Origin: Candidatus Omnitrophota bacterium
GTDB lineage: Bacteria > Omnitrophota > Gorgyraeia > Gygaellales > Profunditerraquicolaceae
Direction of reading: 5' to 3'
Length of the DNA: 64,000 nucleotides
Assembly (NCBI GenBank): GCA_026387315.1
Contig: JAPLLY010000049.1
Location: forward strand, 11,883-75,882
Part shown: positions 60,415 through 64,000 of the stretch, piece after piece
How the letters are laid out: every line of letters starts with the position of its first letter
How positions within the stretch are numbered: the stretch's first letter is position 1
The notes under the pieces: generated by a model
What the model saw: only the letters and a program-made list of their open reading frames with translations
What the model was told of the DNA's origin: nothing
Database searches by the model: none
Made by a program: the position numbers and the translations under genes

Positions 60415-61026
60415 ATGAATATAAAAAATCAAACTTTAGTGCCGATGGTTATTGAGCAGACTACCCGTGGCTTTGAACGTGCCTACGATATCTATTCACG
60501 TCTTTTAAAGGACCGTATTTTATTTATTGGCACGCCGATTGATGATTATGTGGCAAATTTGGTGATTGCCCAGCTGCTTTTTTTACAAATGGAAGATAAG
60601 GATAAAGATATTAATGTTTATATTAATTCACCCGGTGGTTCAGTGACTGCGGGGCTGGCCATCTATGATACCATGCAATTTATAAAATGCGATGTCGCTA
60701 CCTATTGCGTGGGCCAGGCAGCCAGTATGGGGGCGCTTTTATTATCGGCAGGCGCCAAGGGAAAGCGTTTTGTGCTTCCCAATTCCAGAGTGATGATTCA
60801 TCAGCCTTGGGGCGGGGTACAGGGAGCGGCCGCGGATATTTCTATTCAGGCTAAAGAGATTTTAAAACTGCGCGATCGGATTAATGAAATCCTGGCGCGT
60901 CATACTGGCCAGTCGTTAGACAAAATACAGAAAGATACGGATAGGGATTATTTCATGTCCGCTCAGGAATCCAAGGATTATGGCCTGGTTGATGAGGTAA
61001 TTTTACCGGAGACTAAAAAGAGTTAG
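60415..61026 (+). CDS. clpP: ATP-dependent Clp protease proteolytic subunit
   Basis: [33 protein letters not shown]. Confidence 0.95.
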   Translation: MNIKNQTLVPMVIEQTTRGFERAYDIYSRLLKDRILFIGTPIDDYVANLVIAQLLFLQMEDKDKDINVYINSPGGSVTAGLAIYDTMQFIKCDVATYCVGQAASMGALLLSAGAKGKRFVLPNSRVMIHQPWGGVQGAAADISIQAKEILKLRDRINEILARHTGQSLDKIQKDTDRDYFMSAQESKDYGLVDEVILPETKKS

Positions 61027-61037
61027 TTGAGGGAAAG

Positions 61038-61109
61038 TTGTAAGCCATAAGCTGTAAGCTGTATAATAAACAAAGGGGACGGTTCTCTTTTAAAAAGAGA
61101 ACCGTCCCC
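61038..61109 (+). terminator. family-E half element followed by a family-B hairpin
   Basis: GTTGTAAGCCATAAGCTGTAAGCTGTA (61038-61064), then GGGGACGGTTCTCTTTT-AAAAAGAGAACCGTCCCC (61075-61109). Confidence 0.6.
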
Positions 61110-61137
61110 GGGATTTACACACGAGGAGGTTTTTACA

Positions 61138-62277
61138 ATGAAAAAAGAATATTTATTAACACCCGGCCCGACCCCTTTACCGCCACAAGTAAGTTTGGCG
61201 ATGGCTAAACCGATTATCCACCACCGCACGCCGCAGTTCCAGGAGATTCTAAAAGAGGCGAGCGCAGGGTTGAAATGGGCGTTTCAGACGGCTAATGATG
61301 TTTTTATTATCTCTTCTTCAGGAACCGGAGCGATGGAGGCAGCGGTAATCAATTTGGTTTCTGGCGGTGATACTGTTTTAGTGGTTCAAGGCGGTAAATT
61401 CGGAGAAAGATGGACTGAGATTGCCAAGGCTTATGGGATTAGCCTGGAGATTATTAATGTGGAGTGGGGAAAAGCAGTCAGCCCCGCGGAAATAAACCAA
61501 AGGTTAAAATCCAACCCGCAGATAAAAGCGGTATTTACGACTTTATGCGAAACTTCAACCGGAGTGGATAATGATATCCAGGCAATTGCCGCGGTGGTAA
61601 AAGAGACCTCCGCGGTTTTAGTAGTTGACGCGATTAGCGGGCTGGGAGCGGTGGATTTAAAAACTGATGCCTGGGGGGTGGATGTGGTAGTTGCCGGATC
61701 GCAGAAAGGTTTTATGCTGCCTCCGGGATTAGGTTTTATTTCGCTTAGCCCCCGCGCCTGGAAATTAGTGGAGGCTTCCAAGTCCAGCCGTTATTATTTG
61801 GATTTAAGGAAGGCCAAGAAGGCCCTGGATAAAAATGATACGCCGTTTACCTCTTCCATTACTTTGATTATCGCTTTAAATGAAGCTTTAAAGATCATGC
61901 GGCAGGATGGTTTAGAAAACATATTTAAGCGCCACCGGAGTATGGCCGATGCCACTCGCGCCGCTATGGGAGCGCTGGGCCTGGAGTTATTTGCCCCGCT
62001 GGCAGCTTCGGATGGGGTGACGGCAGTCAAGGTGCCTAGCGGTATCGACGGAGAGAAGTTAGTAAAAACCATGCGTGATACTTATGGGGTGACCATTGCC
62101 GGCGGCCAGGCTGAACTTAAGGGTAAAGTTTTTCGTATCGCGCATATGGGGTTTATTACTGAATCTGATATTATTATGGGGTTGTCCTGTTTGGAAAAAG
62201 TGCTTACTCAGATGGGTTATAAATTCGCGTTAGGCGCGGGCATTAGAGCAGCCGAAGAGGTATTTCTAAAGGGATAG
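61138..62277 (+). CDS. class V (AGXT/serine-pyruvate type) aminotransferase, candidate phosphoserine aminotransferase
   Basis: LLTPGPTP, VVAGSQKGFMLPPG (PLP lysine region). It lies directly upstream of serA. Confidence 0.8.
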   Translation: MKKEYLLTPGPTPLPPQVSLAMAKPIIHHRTPQFQEILKEASAGLKWAFQTANDVFIISSSGTGAMEAAVINLVSGGDTVLVVQGGKFGERWTEIAKAYGISLEIINVEWGKAVSPAEINQRLKSNPQIKAVFTTLCETSTGVDNDIQAIAAVVKETSAVLVVDAISGLGAVDLKTDAWGVDVVVAGSQKGFMLPPGLGFISLSPRAWKLVEASKSSRYYLDLRKAKKALDKNDTPFTSSITLIIALNEALKIMRQDGLENIFKRHRSMADATRAAMGALGLELFAPLAASDGVTAVKVPSGIDGEKLVKTMRDTYGVTIAGGQAELKGKVFRIAHMGFITESDIIMGLSCLEKVLTQMGYKFALGAGIRAAEEVFLKG

Positions 62278-62283
62278 ATTCTT

Positions 62284-62345
62284 CATAAGCTATAAGCCGT
62301 AAGCTGTAGGCTGTAAGCTTAAAACTTACAGCTTATAACTTTTGT
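62284..62345 (+). terminator. family-E hairpin plus T-run
   Basis: The core CTGTAAG-CTTAAAA-CTTACAG (62311-62331) sits within TAAGC repeats, followed by CTTTTGTTTT. Confidence 0.5.
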
Positions 62346-62406
62346 TTTGAATATTTGGATTTAGAATTTAGTGTTTAAGTTTTAAAATAAAATAAGGAGT
62401 ATACAG

Positions 62407-63993
62407 ATGATCAAAATCTTAGTCAGCGACGCGTTAAGCGAGGAAGGTTTAAGGGTTTTTAATGATTCTAAAGAGTTCACCGTTGATGTAAAAACAGACC
62501 TCAAGCCCGATGCTTTAAAAGAAATTATCAAAGATTATGATGCTTTGGTGGTGCGCAGCGCGACTAAAGTGACCAAAGAAATAATCCAGGCAGCAGCTCG
62601 GCTTAAGGTTATCGGCCGGGCCGGTGTTGGCCTGGATAACGTGGATTTGGAAGCCGCCACCGCAAAAGGGATTATTGTAATGAATACCCCGGCGGGAAAT
62701 ACCATCTCTACCGCTGAGCATACCTTGAGCATGATATTGGCTTTATCCAGGAATATCGCACAGGCCAACGCCTCAATGAAAAAGGGGGAGTGGAAGCGTT
62801 CTAAATTTATGGGGGTGGAGCTATATAACAAGGTTTTAGGCATTGTGGGGTTTGGCCGGATTGGTTCGGAAGTCGCCAAGCGCGCGCTATCCTTTGGCAT
62901 GAAAGTTTTAGCGTATGATCCGTTTTTATCCGCCCAAGTCGCTGAAAGTATCGGGGTAGAGATCGCGGAATTAAAAAAAGTGCTGCAAGAGTCTGATTAT
63001 ATTACCGTGCATACTCCGTTAACCGATGAAACCAGGCATATGATTTCGGATAAAGAGTTTGGCATTATGAAAAAAAACGCGCGGATTGTAAATTGCGCGC
63101 GAGGCGGGATTATTGATGAGCTGGCTTTAGTCAGGGCGGTAAAAGAGGGCAAGGTAGCCGGCGCGGCGATGGATGTTTTTGAAAAAGAGCCGCTAGCCGC
63201 AGATAGTGAATTGCTAAAACTAGATAATGTTATTACTACTCCGCATCTTGGCGCATCTACCGAAGAAGCGCAGATTAATGTCGCCATTGAAGTTGCTGAA
63301 ATTGTGCGTGACGCGCTTTTAGGGAAGGGAATCCGAAATGCCGCGAATTACCCTTGTTTAGACGCGGAGGCCTGCAATATTCTTAATCCTTATATTAATT
63401 TGGGAGAGAAATTAGGAATGTTTGCCGCGCAATTAGTTGAAGGCAGGTTTTTAGAGTTAACTATAAGTTATAGCGGCCAGATTACTAAATATAATTTAAC
63501 TCCGGTGACCATGGCTTTGGTTAAGGGCATGCTTACTCCGATATTAAAGGAAACGGTTAATTTTGTTAACGGCGTATCTTTACTTAAAGAAAGAGGAATA
63601 AAACTGCTTGAGTCAAAATCCGGACAGGAAGGCGAATTTGTAAATCTTATTCAGCTAGAGATTAAAACAGATAAAGAAACTAAGTCGATTCTGGGAACAC
63701 TTTCCGGTAATAAGCAGCCCAGGATTGTTAAAATTGACGATTATTATTTGGATCTGCATCCGGCCGGTGAAATGATTTTTATCCGTAACCTGGATAAGCC
63801 GGGTTTAATTGGAAATCTTGGCACATTAATGGGAAAAAACGGCATAAACATTGCTGCCATGGCCCTGGGCCGCAACAAGCCTGGAGATAAAGCAATTAGT
63901 GTCTGGAGCGTGGATAATCAAGTCAGCTTGGAAATTCAGGATAAAATAAAACAATTGGAAAATATTCTCACCGTAAAGATAATCCGGACATGA
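62407..63993 (+). CDS. serA: D-3-phosphoglycerate dehydrogenase (long form with ASB and ACT domains)
   Basis: GIVGFGRIGSEVA, NCARGGIIDE, TPHLGAST. The C-terminal ACT region is (FIRNLDKPGLIGNLGT). Confidence 0.95.
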   Translation: MIKILVSDALSEEGLRVFNDSKEFTVDVKTDLKPDALKEIIKDYDALVVRSATKVTKEIIQAAARLKVIGRAGVGLDNVDLEAATAKGIIVMNTPAGNTISTAEHTLSMILALSRNIAQANASMKKGEWKRSKFMGVELYNKVLGIVGFGRIGSEVAKRALSFGMKVLAYDPFLSAQVAESIGVEIAELKKVLQESDYITVHTPLTDETRHMISDKEFGIMKKNARIVNCARGGIIDELALVRAVKEGKVAGAAMDVFEKEPLAADSELLKLDNVITTPHLGASTEEAQINVAIEVAEIVRDALLGKGIRNAANYPCLDAEACNILNPYINLGEKLGMFAAQLVEGRFLELTISYSGQITKYNLTPVTMALVKGMLTPILKETVNFVNGVSLLKERGIKLLESKSGQEGEFVNLIQLEIKTDKETKSILGTLSGNKQPRIVKIDDYYLDLHPAGEMIFIRNLDKPGLIGNLGTLMGKNGINIAAMALGRNKPGDKAISVWSVDNQVSLEIQDKIKQLENILTVKIIRT

Positions 63994-64000
63994 TCAGAAA

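Noticed and set aside
15394-61109. Recurring GGGGACGGTTCT...AGAACCGTCCCC units considered as a CRISPR array
   Set aside because: The copies are kilobases apart. Each is a self-complementary hairpin rather than a direct repeat separated by unique 25-40-nt spacers. No cas genes are present; the Cas4-like gene at 12937 is isolated.
697-63287. Numerous minus-strand and alternate-frame ORFs of 60-220 aa in the track (for example 697-1098, 2682-3167, 4898-5269, 25664-26323, 33924-34376, 48191-48592, 62535-62900)
   Set aside because: All lie entirely inside strongly supported + strand genes or repeats. They have low-complexity, Arg/Ser/Pro-rich translations and no recognisable motifs. They are treated as shadow ORFs.
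1-64000. tRNA and rRNA genes
   Set aside because: Every intergenic gap longer than 60 nt was read by eye. None shows an acceptor stem with a T-loop GTTCRANYC pattern or rRNA-like conserved blocks. The gaps are filled by repeat families A-E, X1/X2 or promoters.

Overview
The window is a 64-kb chromosomal segment of a diderm, LPS-making bacterium. The sequence looks moderately AT-rich by eye, and the repeat content and many gene fusions resemble uncultured candidate-phylum genomes, but taxonomy cannot be established from this window alone. I call about 70 protein-coding genes. All are on the + strand except one Ski2-like helicase (23078-24958). No rRNA gene, tRNA gene or CRISPR array was seen.

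Gene content, left to right:
- 0.5-6.3 kb: purD, purE, a TsaC-phosphatase fusion, rpiB, glyA, dCMP deaminase and nrdR.
- 6.5-13.7 kb: an AT-rich accessory island. It holds ORF6N and XRE regulators, a DpnI-like methyl-directed restriction enzyme, small zinc-ribbon ORFs, an HNH nuclease, an ~850-nt non-coding stretch, a PLD-nuclease/wHTH/DnaD-like protein coupled to a holin-like membrane protein, and a Cas4-like nuclease.
- 14-35 kb: housekeeping genes (azoR, bifunctional nuclease, cca, AsmA-like, yjbQ, membrane spermidine-synthase-like, macro-NUDIX fusion, SNase, aroC, spoVG, aroK, dprA, topA, xerC) with a RAYT/REP unit at 29.4-30.7 kb.
- 35.7-58.3 kb: a large LPS/Kdo/heptose region (waaA, lpxK, LpxL-ELM1 fusion, GT4-GT9 fusion, GT4, GT9, GT9-GT9 fusion, heptose kinase, kdsB, kdsA, kdsD, kdsC, lptA/C-like, lptB). 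It is interrupted at 49.1-51.4 kb by a second RAYT, ORF6N pseudogenes and a SWIM protein.
- 58.4-64 kb: an Xre-RES toxin-antitoxin pair, a frameshifted PPIase-less trigger factor, clpP, a class V aminotransferase and serA.

The most unusual sequence-level signal is five families of structured intergenic repeats. The most notable is an inverted-repeat element whose 3' arm (AGAAGGTGCGGGG|TGA) supplies the Shine-Dalgarno and the GTG start codon of seven genes. Its 5' arm can pair with and hide them, and it is bracketed by TGA(N) direct repeats.

All functional calls rest on motif recognition by eye. No database search was run.
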